Source: Azolla caroliniana
Taxonomy: Eukaryota > Plantae > Polypodiophyta
Assembly: GCA_043228905.1 (NCBI GenBank)
Contig: JBHGNT010000007.1
Span: 4,774,001 to 4,838,000 of the forward strand
Reading direction: 5' to 3'
DNA length: 64,000 nucleotides
The position numbers and the translations under genes are program-made. Shown here one piece after another: positions 13,589 to 26,749 of this stretch (the first letter of the stretch is position 1; each line of letters starts with the position of its first letter). Below the pieces are notes generated by a model. That model saw only the letters and a program-made list of their open reading frames with translations, did not search any database and was not told the DNA's origin.

Positions 13589-16194
13589 TATTTATTTTTT
13601 TTCCAAAAAAACACTACTTCGCATTAGTTAGCAAACAAAATTACATCATAGAACACCCAAAGTTCTTCTCACCAGCCCTCACTCTGGCCTTCCCACCAAA
13701 GTGGACATAGTCCCCACCTCATTTTCAACAAACGTATCCAAACAACTCCAATAACCTAATAATTTGTACCATATCTATACAGATTTACAGCACCTAGACG
13801 CTGTTGGAAACCGGAAACAGCCATCGGGGTGCTTGGTAGTTCCATTGAGGCCCTGATGAGGATCTGCCCACCATAGGAGAATTACCCCATTTCAGCAAGA
13901 ACTTTGATCGAGATCTTTCAGCTGCATCAGATTCCCCCTTGATTGAGTCGTATCGTCCCCGCAGCCAAGATACCAACTCAAACCAGATATTTAATAATAC
14001 CTCACCGCTAGGGATCTTTTGTTGTTGAAAAACAAATTTACAACGGTTGGTCCAAATGTGCCAGACCGATAAACAAGACACCATCATCCATATCTCCTCA
14101 AAAAATTCTGAGTTAGTGCCATGTCGAACTCCAACCCATTGAAACACCTTGCCATCCTGCACTATAAAACCATGTCCGTGGGGATTTAACTGTTCAGCCC
14201 AGCCTTCCCCTGTTAACTTCAGCCCTTGTACGGACCCCCATACAACTCTCCCATTCACTCCGCATGCTGCCACTATCCTGAGACTTCTACCCCAAATGTT
14301 AATAGCCTCGCTGCAGTTCCAAAAACAATGAGGAATTGATTCCAAAGGGTGTCCACAACTTTTGCATCCAACCTCACCACCACGACACCTAAGCCACTCC
14401 CCCACCGGCACCGCTTTGTGACTAAGAAGCCACAACCAAAGCTTTATTTTTTCTGGCATATCAAACGCCCATAGCCTCCTCCAAAACGACTTCAACCAGT
14501 CATCAGAAATGCCTTTATCCTTCCAACTATTGCGAGTTAGGCCAGCACCCATCAATTTAGAGCCAATGATTTGCCTTCCTAGCTTGGTAGTGTACTCAAA
14601 AAACCGTTCAAGTTTGTCTGTACCCAGTTTCTGCCACCACACCTCTAGTGGATCCCAATCCAGATCACATATGGGCTTGTTGTCAACTATCCAGAGTTTA
14701 TGATCAGATTCCAGCTTCCCTGGGTCCGGGTTTACTTGCCACTTCTTACCTTCCAACATTGCCACTCGCACTGCCAACCATTAGCCATTGTCTGCCAAAG
14801 CACTTAGGTTGCCCCACAAACGATACTCATTAGATGGGCACCTGCCTCGGATAATTTGCGCATCGCCCTCACCTACAAACCACCCAAACCAGACCCCCTC
14901 TTCTTCATTCAGCCTAGCTAGACCATCAACAGCCTTATCTATCAAGTGGGTAACCTTTTCCAGCCTGCCGGTAAATCTAGGACTTCCAACCAGACCCTCC
15001 CTTCTTCTCCTTTTGAACTCCTCCCAGTCTCTTACTGAACTAACATTGTACCCTACCATTTTTCCCCATGGCAAGTATTTTTTCTGACCAAGCATCATAC
15101 CATCATCACTTCGAATCCTGGGGTTCCAAAACAGAGGTTGACGGAGTTGTTCCTCCATTGTTTTTGGCTGCATTAAGACCAGCCCCTCTCTTAAACTTGA
15201 CCAGGCCCTCATTATGGTGCGGGCCACCCTATCCTCCATGCTAGTAGGTTCTTTTAACGTTAGGTCTGGACTGAACAACCACCACATCTTTGCCTTCCAA
15301 GGGCCGCCATTCCTCGGACTCCAGAGTTCAGCTCTGTCTCTAAGAAGCAATTTCCACAATTCTGGTCCAGGTTGGAGACTTCGCACCAAGAGCTTACCAA
15401 GTAAAGCCTTACTTTGGTGACCTGGATCCACCATCCCAAGTCCACCTTGACTTTTTGCCTTGATCAAACAACTCCAGGCCACTTTAGCTGAAGTAGTCTC
15501 ATGGTCTCTACCCGACCAAAGGAACCCTCTCACCATTGCCTTAATATTTTTTATGCACTCTTTATCTAACATCCAGCATGCCAACGAGTGCCACATGGTG
15601 GCCAACAAAATATGGTTTACCACAACCACTCTACCTGCAAGGGAAAGCTTTACTGATGCCCATAACCGAAGCTTTTTTCTGATTTTGTCTTTCACTTGCT
15701 CAAGTTGCTGATTTTTCTGAATCTCTATTCCCACCAAAAAGCCCAAATACTTAACAACCCTTCCATTAGGAACCCATTGAAAATCAGCATTAGGTTGCCA
15801 ATTCGGCCAAGAGTTTGGACTTACCCAAAACCCTCTACTTTTGTTCCAATTAATTTTCCCACTTGATGCTTTACAGAACAACTCAATTCGATTTTCAGCC
15901 TGCTGTAAATTAGCATCATTGCCTTGCAGATAGAGCATGGTGTCATCTGCATACATGGAGTCCAACAAGTCCTTACAAGCATGTGGGACAACCAAACCTC
16001 AAATTCCTGCATCCGGTCTATTTAAAAAGAAAGAGAATGCCTCTGAGATAAATAAATAAAGGTAGGGGGCCAATGGGCACCCCTGTCTGACAGACTTGCA
16101 TAATGGAATTGATGGGCCCCGTTGCCCTAGTACCAACACCCTACTCAAGCTTCCTTTGTAAAGTGCCAACGCAGCTGCTCTCCATTTTGAGGGT
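13589..16194 (-). mobile_element. 5'-truncated L1-type LINE (RT C-terminus and zf-RVT) with A-rich tail and TSD
   Basis: RQGCPLAPYL, MYADD, CKSC...ESIPHCFWNC; A/TAAA tail at 13589-13602; TSD AATAAATTACATATT 13574-13588 and 16195-16209. Confidence 0.92.
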
Positions 16195-16531
16195 AATAAA
16201 TTACATATTATATATATGTATACACATACACATACATATTAACACCTAAAGGCTAAGATTACATACTATATATATACAAATCTTCATACTTACAAACAAG
16301 TTACATATATTACATATATATACACGTGCGCGCACATAAATAAATTAGATATTACATAGCATATATTACACAATATTCAAATTTACACATACATAAATTA
16401 CATATATACATATATAGATACATACATAGATATACATATTACATATGTACATACATATTCCACATATCACCATATATATATGTATAGATTATACTGGACC
16501 ATACAAACCACAATACTTATATATATACATA

Positions 16532-16563
<32 letters not shown>

Positions 16564-18358
16564 TAGATATATGTATACTTACACACACATTAGATATGTA
16601 TATGTATACTTACACATAAATAAATTAGATATTACATAGCACATAATCCATACCTATTACACAATATACAAATTTACACATGCATAAATTACATATATAC
16701 ATACATAGATATATTACATATGTACATACATATTCTACATATCACCATATGTATAGATCATACTAGACCATACAAACCACAATACTTACATACATACACA
16801 CACACACATTAGATATATGTATACTTACACATACATTGGATATATACATGTATATTACGTACATATTACAAACATACATCCATATACGAGCCATATACAT
16901 ATGTACTAAACATGAAAATATCCCAAAAATATACATACACAAATACATTACATATATACACGTACATACATTCATACATTTACATATATATGACCACATA
17001 CACACACACACATACATACATTAGATATATATGCACATATTACAAACATATTCATACTCATTAAATCATGTATATCAACATATACATATATGCATACACA
17101 TACATACATTACATATGTACATACATATTCCACATATCACCATATATATATATGTACATATGCCTACAATGTTAAAAGTTTTACAAACATACATCCATAC
17201 ACATATATACATACATTACATGCATGCATACACATAAATATGTTACATACACATACATACATACATTTCATCACAGACTACAATACATACATGTATACTT
17301 ACACATACATAAATATTATGAACACACTCATGTATGCATAGTACACTATTACACATACAAACATACATGCATTGCATATTACATATATATACATATGTAC
17401 ATGCATACATGTACATTCATGTGTGTACATACATACATTGCATATGCATATATTACAATCACATTCATGTACATTGTCATATATATGCATACACGTATGT
17501 ACATTCATACATGGACATACCTATATTCATTTATATATTGCTACAATGTACATATACATAAATTAGTTATATACATAAATATTACAATCACACATCCATA
17601 CACATTGAATCATGTACATTGTCATATGGATATATGCATACACATACATACATTAGATATGGATATATGCATACACATATGTACATTCGTATATGGACAT
17701 ACATATCTTCATTTATACATTGTTACACATACATACACATATATACATTAGATATCTACATAGATATTATGCATATATTACAATCACACATCAATACACA
17801 TTGAATCATGTACATTTGCATATGCATATATGCATACACATACATACATTCGTACACGGACATACATATAGTCTTTTATACATTGCTACATGTACATACA
17901 CATACATACATGCATGCATACATACATACATACATATATTAGATATACACACACATACGTGTATATATATATACACCTACATATAGTCTTCTATACATAC
18001 ACATACATTACATATGGATATATGCAAACACATATGTACATTCGTACATGGAAATACATATATTCATTTATACATTGCTACATATACATACACATATATA
18101 TACATAGATATTATGCACATATTACAATCACACATCTATACACATTGAATCATGTACATTTGCATATGCATATATGCATACACATACATACAATCTTTTA
18201 TACATTGCTACATGTACATACACATACATACATATTACAAACAAATATCCACACACACACACACACACACAAATATACATACATTACATATTACATATGT
18301 ACATTCATTCATTCATGTTTTTTCATTGAAGCATACATATTTTATGCATACATTACAT

Positions 18359-18407
<49 letters not shown>

Positions 18408-19802
18408 TTCATTCATGCATGCATGCATACATTATGTGCACATACATACATAACATACATTCATACTAAACATACATTCAAACATTCATGTTTTTTTATT
18501 TAGATATTTGCCTCCTCCTTTGCTCCCTCCTCTTCTCTGCTTATTTCTGCAATTGCTTCTTCTCCCCTTCTTTTTGTCCTCGTTTTGCCGCTGCCTCTGT
18601 TCTCATTTTGCCGCCGCCACCGCTCGCCTTGTCGTGCCGCTTTTGCTCACCATTATTCTCTGTTGGGGCTGCCACAACTATTCTACAAATATTTTACAGG
18701 TACACATAAGTACAAACATAAACCAACACATAAATTCTTAGCCACACACACACACGTACATACATACATACATACATAAACACACACACACACACACGGG
18801 CCATACATACAATAAACGAAATTAATACATTACAGTACAATATGTACATATATACACACATACCTATGTACACATACTTACACATTTACACATATAACAC
18901 ATACATACAATACAATATGTACACACATACATACATACACATGGAATACAAACAATACATACATAAACACACACACATGTGTAGAATATACATACACACA
19001 TGTACACACATATATATTGTATGGAACATACATACACACATACCTATATACACATATATACACTTACATACATACACATTTACACATATAACACATACAT
19101 ACAATACAATATGTGCACACATACATACATAAACACACACACACACACGTGTGTAGAATATACATACACATATGGACACATATATATGTTGTATGGAACA
19201 TACATACACACACACACAAACATAACACACAACACACACATGAAATACATACAATACAAAACATAACAAACAACACACACATGAAATACACATGAAACAC
19301 ATATATGTTGTATGGAACATACATACACACATACCTATATACACTTACATACATACACATTTACACATATAACACATACATACAATACAATATGTGCACA
19401 AATACATACATAAACACACACGCACACACACACACACACGTGTAGAATATACATACACATATGGACACATATATATGTTGTATGGAACATATATACACAC
19501 ACACAAACATAACACACAACACACACATGAAATACACATGAAATACATATATGTTATATGGAACATACATACACACATGTGCACACATATATGTTGTATG
19601 GAACATACATACACACATGCCTATATACACATATATACACTTACATACATACACATTTACACATATAACACATACATACAATACAATATGTGCACACATA
19701 CATACATAAACACACACACACACACACACGTGTAGAATATAGATACACATATGGACACATATATATGTTGTATGGAACATACATACACACACACACAAAC
19801 AT

Positions 19803-20654
19803 ATTGTTGAGGATGAGACTGTGATTAAGCGGAATGTTAAGTGGGATAGCTCAAATGAATTACTTTTGGGTTTTTGTGGGTTGAAGTCATCCAATCATCA
19901 ATGTGTCTCATCATGTATGATAAAGGTGGGTGACTCTAATGCTCATTATGAAACCATTGTTAGCTCCTTTAAAGACTATGTGGTTGGACACTATGCTAGG
20001 GTGTTAATTGCGAATCCTCTTCACCCTAAACTTCCACGATTAGTATTGGTTGTACAATGTACATGTAATTGCTTTGATGCAGATTTTGTAAAATGCCAAT
20101 GGAATGAAGTGGAAACTTTATGGGAAAAACACCTCTCCACAAGTATTGGGCCAATTGTTGGACATGCATTTGATGGAGATAGTAGGAGAAGAAAGATTAT
20201 GCTTCAAGTTTACTTAACCCCAAGCATATGCTTAAGATATAAATTGCCTTGGGATGGTTGGATCTTCATAGGTCAAATGCATAATGATATGGTAAGTTGT
20301 CTTCATGATCAAGATTTCATCCATAATGGAAAGAAACTTGTGAATGCACTAGATAATCCCTCAAGACAATTAGTAATTGGGGATGTATGGATCACATTGA
20401 ATCATGTGTCTTTGGTATATAATAACTTCTCTATTGATGCACATGGCTTAAGGGAATGTGATATTACGAGAGAAGATAGACAAAATTGGGCTGGAGCTCA
20501 AAGAATTGCAAGTAGAAATGTAGAAACCAAATATAAACCTACGGTATTCCAAATATATTTTCTGATTTCTTTACTTCCATGTATATTAAGATTTCTTGCT
20601 TTTGTTGTTACATTTTATGATATAGGTCCAATGTTGAAGATGGAAACGACATGA
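19803..20654 (+). CDS. Partial DDE transposase, P-element/THAP9-like core; N- and C-termini missing or spliced
   Basis: EDET (candidate first D), GHAFDGDSRRR (candidate second D), DQDFIHNGKKLVN (DxxHxxK motif), DRQNW; lies inside a TIR/TSD-bounded element. Confidence 0.7.
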   Translation: MVEDETVIKRNVKWDSSNELLLGFCGLKSSNHQCVSSCMIKVGDSNAHYETIVSSFKDYVVGHYARVLIANPLHPKLPRLVLVVQCTCNCFDADFVKCQWNEVETLWEKHLSTSIGPIVGHAFDGDSRRRKIMLQVYLTPSICLRYKLPWDGWIFIGQMHNDMVSCLHDQDFIHNGKKLVNALDNPSRQLVIGDVWITLNHVSLVYNNFSIDAHGLRECDITREDRQNWAGAQRIASRNVETKYKPTVFQIYFLISLLPCILRFLAFVVTFYDIGPMLKMETT

Positions 20655-22196
20655 AATTTACAGCCTAAAATGAACTTCTTAGGGTTTTCTTTTTATATAC
20701 TCAGTCTTTATAAGGGTAACCTTTATTGCAATAAGTTTTTTAAGTAGATATTGCAATAACAAAATGATTTATTTTATTTCATTTTGATTTGGGTAAGAGT
20801 ATGTGAATAGATGAGGTCTTACATTTCAAATGGAAATATGAAGTAGGTTGCCATTTGTTTGATCAATGTGTTTGAGAAAAAATAATATTATGTCTTTATA
20901 TGAGTCTATATCCATGAAACCAAACATAATGTTAATTTGTTAGTAATTTCATTATTGATATGCATTTTGGATTGTTCCATATGTGCTCTTTGAGATGTAT
21001 GTGTTAAGTTCAAGATTGTTTTATTGTAAATTACATTGTTTTTTATCACTCAATGTTCTTCATACGTCTCAATAAACTAAAAACAAAAACTTATATGTGG
21101 CTTGTATATGTTATACTTGTAGTGTTTTTGGGTAACGTTTCCTAATTGTGTGTACATTACTTTGTACTTTACACATTGTGTTTTCAATCTATGTGGCACT
21201 TAATGAAGCATTTCTAGGAATTTGCATATGATGTTTAATGTCGATTCATAATTTTACGAGTTATCAATTGTAAAGATGGTCATTGATCCCTTCTAGGATC
21301 GCAACCTATGTTTGCATGTATATTTTATATGTAAGGGTATTTAAAATGGGTAATTATCAAAAAATATATTGGTAATAAGGGGTATTTTTATTAATCTTTT
21401 TTCTACAGAAGGTTTACTAAAATAGTAAAAACCATACGTATAAGGGGTTTATAAATGATGTCATGAACGCACGTGATACAATCTTCTTATGTGTAGTGGA
21501 GTTCCCGGGCGACGAGACAACGTGGGTTGTCGATTCTGGAGCGTCGTTCCACCTGACAATGGATCGGAAATGCTTCTCATCCTACATAGTCGGTGATCAT
21601 GGTTGTGTCCGGATAGGGAATGAAGGTACATGCCGAATTGTCGGCATAGGAGATGTGTTGTTGACGACACCAACCAGATGCAAGTTGTTGCTGAAGGATG
21701 TCTGACACGTTCGACTGAAACTGATATCAGCCGGTCGGCTAGATGATAAAGGATACACGGGTAGCATCCGGAATGGAGTTATGAAGTTCAGCAAAGGGAG
21801 CCTAATGGTGGCACGAGCCCGGATGGTCAACACGTTGTATCTGATGCATGCCCGAATATGCCGGGAAGAAGTGAACGTAGCATCCGACACTGCCGGTGAG
21901 TTGTGGCACAAAAGATTGTTACATGAGTGAGAAGGGGATGAAGAGACTTGCCGAAGACAAATCTCATTCCGGTGAAGGACATGCAACTTGAGAAGTGCAC
22001 CGATTGTTGGAAACTTTAAAAAACCTTGATATGAGTTTTTGAGCTTCCGGCTTGTTTCTCTTTCCAGTCTTACATTGAAACCTAAACTTTAAATTTTAAC
22101 CTTAAGTATTTAGGCAAATGGTTGTAGCACTTAAAGAGCATCTTTTTTCTCTAAATCAATCTTGTCTTTCCTTGTATATTGAGTACTTTAACATCT

Positions 22197-25100
22197 TGTT
22201 AAGCGCTGGGATAACAACACAACCAGTCACAAATAAGAGTGCATCAACAAGGACGTAGTACAAAGAGGAAATGGCAAGAGGAAAAGAAGCAAAGAGACGT
22301 CCAAGTGTGAAAGGCCCATACCCTAAACGTGAAAGCTATATAAACCACATAGTAGTGGCTTTGTGGGGGTTCTCCCATTTGTAAAGATCTCCTAAGTGAT
22401 TAAGAGCTAGAGCTTCCTCTCCTTCTCCTTGTAACCTTTAAGCTTAAGAGAGATTAGTGAAGTGTTTAGTTAGAGAACACTAATCTCTCTTCCTTGTTGG
22501 TGCTAGACCTCTTAGCAAAGAGGGTTAATAAACATATTCATTACTCTTGTTGTCTACATTCATTACCCCATTGTCCATGAGAGCGAACTTGAGAGAGTGA
22601 GAGAGATATTGTGCTTAATCATCTATTAGTTGTTGAGTGTGAGGCTCGGAGGTGTCCGACAACCATCTCCGCCCGATTCGCCATCAAAAGGGTATACGCC
22701 GGTCCGAATCCCGCAACGACATCGAGGAGCTTACTCCATCGATACATAGATCCTACACATCTATTTGGCGCCGTTGCCGGGGATACAACCGACACTTGAA
22801 GCCTATTTCAAGTAGCCAAGAACTCGTAGGCAACCCACTTAACGAAGGAAGAAATCGAAAGGGAACCACTATTTTCTGTTTTTCTCTCACTATTTCATAG
22901 TTTAATTAAGTTGATTTTCTATTTTTCCCTCACTATTTCATGGTTTAATTAAGTTGATTTCCTGTTTTTGCCTCACCATTTCATAGTTTAATTAAGTTGA
23001 TTTTCTGTTTTCAAAAGAAGTTTTGAACTACCCTCCCTTAATCGCTCGGACATTAACAAGCTATTCATTCAGGTAACGCTAAACATTGTGGAGGTCGAGC
23101 TGTTACAGGGCAAGGATAACCACCACGATTCTTGTGGATTACGATCATCCCACGGGACACGAAACAACCATTGGCGCCAAAAAATTCAAATTTCCCACGC
23201 AAAGTTCGTCAAAAGAACAGAGTTCGATAAGGGAAGCATCCTTCGATGAACCCTCATCATTCGACGAACCTACAAAAGCTTGACGAGAAAACATGGCCGG
23301 ATCCTCACTGACAGAGATGTTCAAAACCCGACCCACACGCCAGGAGAAGTCCACCCAAACCAACCAAACACACGATGTCGTCCCACCTAACCCAACTCAG
23401 TACCACGGAGGGTGGCTAACTCCAGGGACACTACCAAACATGAACCTCCCATCGAGCCCAGGAACTAAAGCACCTCTCAACACGCCCCCACTACAGGAGA
23501 GCCCAATGGCAGACCCACTTAGCGTAGAGGGACATATACGAGACGTCACGCAGGAGTTACGGGTGATAGAACACGAAATCAATCTATGGACGGTACAACT
23601 CACGAAAGGAGGACAACCGGAAAGCATCACTCGAGATATCGAAGCTGCTTTGGCGGAAAGGAAAGATAGATTCGCACGAGTGCAACAAAAACTTCACCTC
23701 CTCGAAACATCGTCGCACATGCATCGCCGAGGTCATGAGCGCAGCCCCGCACTGCATTCGAGCACAACAAGCAACAATCCAAATGAAGCCCACACACAAC
23801 GACACCCGACACGGGCCATGTCGATATGCACGCTTTTGCGGATTCCTCCTCCGTCGAATTCTAGTTCACCGCCGCCGACGTTTGCGCTACGCTGCATTTA
23901 CCACTCGATGGCACCCCCTTCCACACCATGAGGACCCATGGGGTCATCCCCGGCATCATCCCTACCACCTACGCTGAATATTCTGGACGCGAAGGTTGGC
24001 ATTACACCGAAATCCCTCTCCACCTCCACAACCGTTGTAGCGCAATTGCCTAGATCGGCGACACCGCATCTATCGATGCCACCGCCCGCATCACCGGCGA
24101 GTTCCTCAAGTGGGCACATGATCCTCAACCAGTCCAGTGGGCTCATGAGCTTGTTCACTGGGTCCGAGAATGGCACAAACGGCCCAAATCAGCAGTCAAT
24201 TTCGCATGGTTCCTCACCCGCTACTTGTGCGCAAAGTTCAGCATCGGACCCCCCGCCCCTCCCTTCATACGCTGCCAAGAACAACTCCGCAAGATAACCG
24301 TACCAGGCCAACCAGAGCAACTTCGCCTCCCCGAACGTGACTTCTTAGAATAGGTACACCAAGGCGAATAGGAACAGCCACCAACGCACAAACAACCCTT
24401 GATCACCCACGTGTCGGCCGAAGCTATCCTCGACACCCTTGAGGATATCACAAATCGTGTCAAGGAATTCCAGACACACGTATTCACTCCCACCGAAATC
24501 CAGACCTTGTCCACTACCTTCCACTATGTGTCACATCAGACCACAACCACGACCCCGCGTACCCGCAGTTGCACAACCGAATCAATCTTTCGTGACCAAC
24601 GGAACCTGACAGCCCCACCTCGCCAACCTCTCTACCCCAAGAACCCTCACCCCCCACCCCTGCCGCAACTGCCTAGCCCTCCCCTTCCACGACCACTGAC
24701 GACACCCTGCAACCTCGACCCCGTAAACTTGCCAGCCACAACGCTCCCGACACCGAAACCCCCAACCGGCCATCGCCCATAAACCCGGTCGTCCCCCTTC
24801 AACCCACCATCGCTCTCGCCCAGATGGCAACTCCACCGCCACCCCACTCGGCCTCCGTTCCCTGCTCTACCCCGCTCACTGTCGTCACCACCCACCATAC
24901 CCCGTCCCTCGCCAACCCCCCCAAACCCTTAGCCGACATGGTGGCCGACCTCCTCAAGATGACTTCTGTCGTGAACCGTCGCCTACTTCAAGTTCATGAA
25001 CAGGCCCAACAGACTGCCACCAACCAGCATGAGACCTCTACACGAAATGAGATCTTAGCTGCCGAGGTGAGGAGCGCCCTCCATACCAACGTATGCCAAG

Positions 25101-26749
25101 CGGCCACCCACGACCTCCTCAAGCAAGAAATGTTGACGATGCAAACCCGACACCAACAACTCGTTGACGAGTTCCAACAAGCTCGGACAACCTGGCACCA
25201 CGACCAGGAACGCGCGGCACAAACACACGCCGAATTCTCGTCCGAGTACGTCCGCCTCACCACCCAACACCAACAGACCGTGTCTCGCCTCGCAGCCGTG
25301 ACGGTTGACCTCTCCGAACGGTCCGAGGCTCTGGCCACCGCCATTGCCACAAATCACCAACTCACGAGCGAGATCACAACCCTCAAGGCTGAACATGATG
25401 CCATGGTCCACCAATTCGAGGTCGCCAATGAACGGAATAGATGTCTCCTCATCAAACACCACCGCTAGTGCGCCGACCTCGAAAAGGACATCTTTCAACT
25501 CCGCACGTCCAAAGCCGCCCTCGAACACGCCCTCAGCCTCGGCATGACGGACCCCTCCACCGTTCAGACACCTCTCCTTACCCCACCTGGCACTCCAATT
25601 ATGATTCAGGCACTCTCGATGTATGTAACCTCGACGTCACTACTCTCCGAACTTTTCACTGCACCACGTACACCACGTAACCTTCTCACCCAAGCCTTCA
25701 CTTTCTGCAACTACTACTCATCCTCCTTGACTCTGGCCCGTATGAAGCCCCCCCTTCCAACGACACAACCACCCAGCGTGGGGCCTCGCCTTTGATTTGA
25801 ATAAAGGTCCTACTCACCGCCAACTAATCGGCCTTTGGACCCGCGACAACATACTCCCCGCCACCTACAAACAGGATTTTGAAACCATGATCGACACGCA
25901 TTTTTTCCCCGCTTACATAAGATTTAGTTGAAACCCCCCTTCTCCCTTCGCCGGCCACAACACCTACACCTGGCTCACCGGCCCCAAGAAAGACTTCTTC
26001 ACAACAACCGAACAACTGCAGGAAATCCGGCTACCACCACTGAACATCCGCCATCTTCGCCATCATCTCCAACGCCACCCACCCCCCGAGGAACCCCCCC
26101 ACTCAATCCTCCTTGCCCCCGACGCCCGAAGCTCCCCTCCCACAGTGCACCCGGGAGTGTGCACTCATTAGGTTGGGGGGGATGTTAAGCGTTGGGATAA
26201 CAACACAACCAGTCACAAATAAGAGCACATCAACAAGGACGTAGTACAAAGAGGAAATGGCAAGAGGAAAAGAAGCAAAGAGACGTCCAAGTGTGAAAGG
26301 CCCATACCCTAAACGTGAAAGCTATATAAACCGCATAGTAGCGGCTTTGTGGGGGTTCTCCCATTTGTAAAGATCTCCTAAGAGATTAAGAGCTAGAGGT
26401 TCCTCTCCTCCTCCTTGTAACCTTTAAGCTTAAGAGGGATTAGTGAAGTGTTTAGTTACAGAACACTAATCTCTCTTCCTTGTTGGTGCTAGAACTCTTA
26501 TCAAAGAGGGTTAATAAACATATTCATTACTCTTGTTGTCTACATTCATTACCCCATTGTCTATGAGAGCGAGTTTGAGAGAGTGAGAGAGATATTGTGC
26601 TTAATCATCTATTAGTTGTTAAGTGAGTGTGAGGCTCGGAGGTGTCCGACAACCATCTCCACCCAATTCGCCATCAAAAGGGTATACGCCAGTCCGAATC
26701 CCACGACAACATCGAGGAACTTACTCCATTGATACATAGATCCTACACA
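22197..26749 (+). mobile_element. Non-autonomous Athila-like (Ty3/gypsy) LTR element lacking recognisable gag-pol
   Basis: LTRs 22197-22759 and 26183-26749 (TG..CA); TSD CATCT; PBS TGGCGCCGTTGCCGGGGA (tRNA-Asp) 22766-22783; G-rich PPT 26175-26182. Confidence 0.93.
23293..26050 (+). pseudogene. Decayed orphan ORF (Pro/Ser-rich with coiled coils) inside the Athila-like element
   Basis: ORF pieces 23293-23931, 23938-24297, 24399-24782, 24824-25468 on one strand; heptad-like segments; no gag, protease, RT or integrase motifs. Confidence 0.5.

Larger units (their letters stand above)
12350..19800. repeat. Compound TACA/CA/TA microsatellite-like arrays with higher-order units, interrupted by a MITE and a LINE
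   Basis: Plus strand strongly depleted of G; ~165-bp units at 12470-12980 and ~180-bp-scale units at 18780-19800. Confidence 0.9.
12107..21509 (+). mobile_element. TIR DNA transposon with CCCGGG ends, 8-bp TSD and P-like transposase fragment
   Basis: Left end CCCGGGGACTTCACTA; reverse complement of right end CCCGGGAACTCCACTA; TSD CGACGAGA 12099-12106 and 21510-21517; removing the element restores the copia reading frame. Confidence 0.9.
11050..22010 (+). mobile_element. Tnt1/Tork-like copia D fragment (LTR end, PBS, gag, protease, pre-integrase), split by the DNA transposon at 12107-21509
   Basis: PBS TAGTATCAGAGC 11177-11188 (tRNA-iMet, 1 mismatch); gag from 11203 with CFYCGKPAH knuckle; frame GDE|TTWVVDSGAS rejoins across the insertion; clear protein similarity to the intact copia at 43895-47968. 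Confidence 0.88.

Noticed and set aside
16445-19800. Dozens of His/Tyr/Ile/Cys/Val-rich ORFs
   Set aside because: Translations of TACA/CA microsatellite that lacks stop codons by composition; not genes
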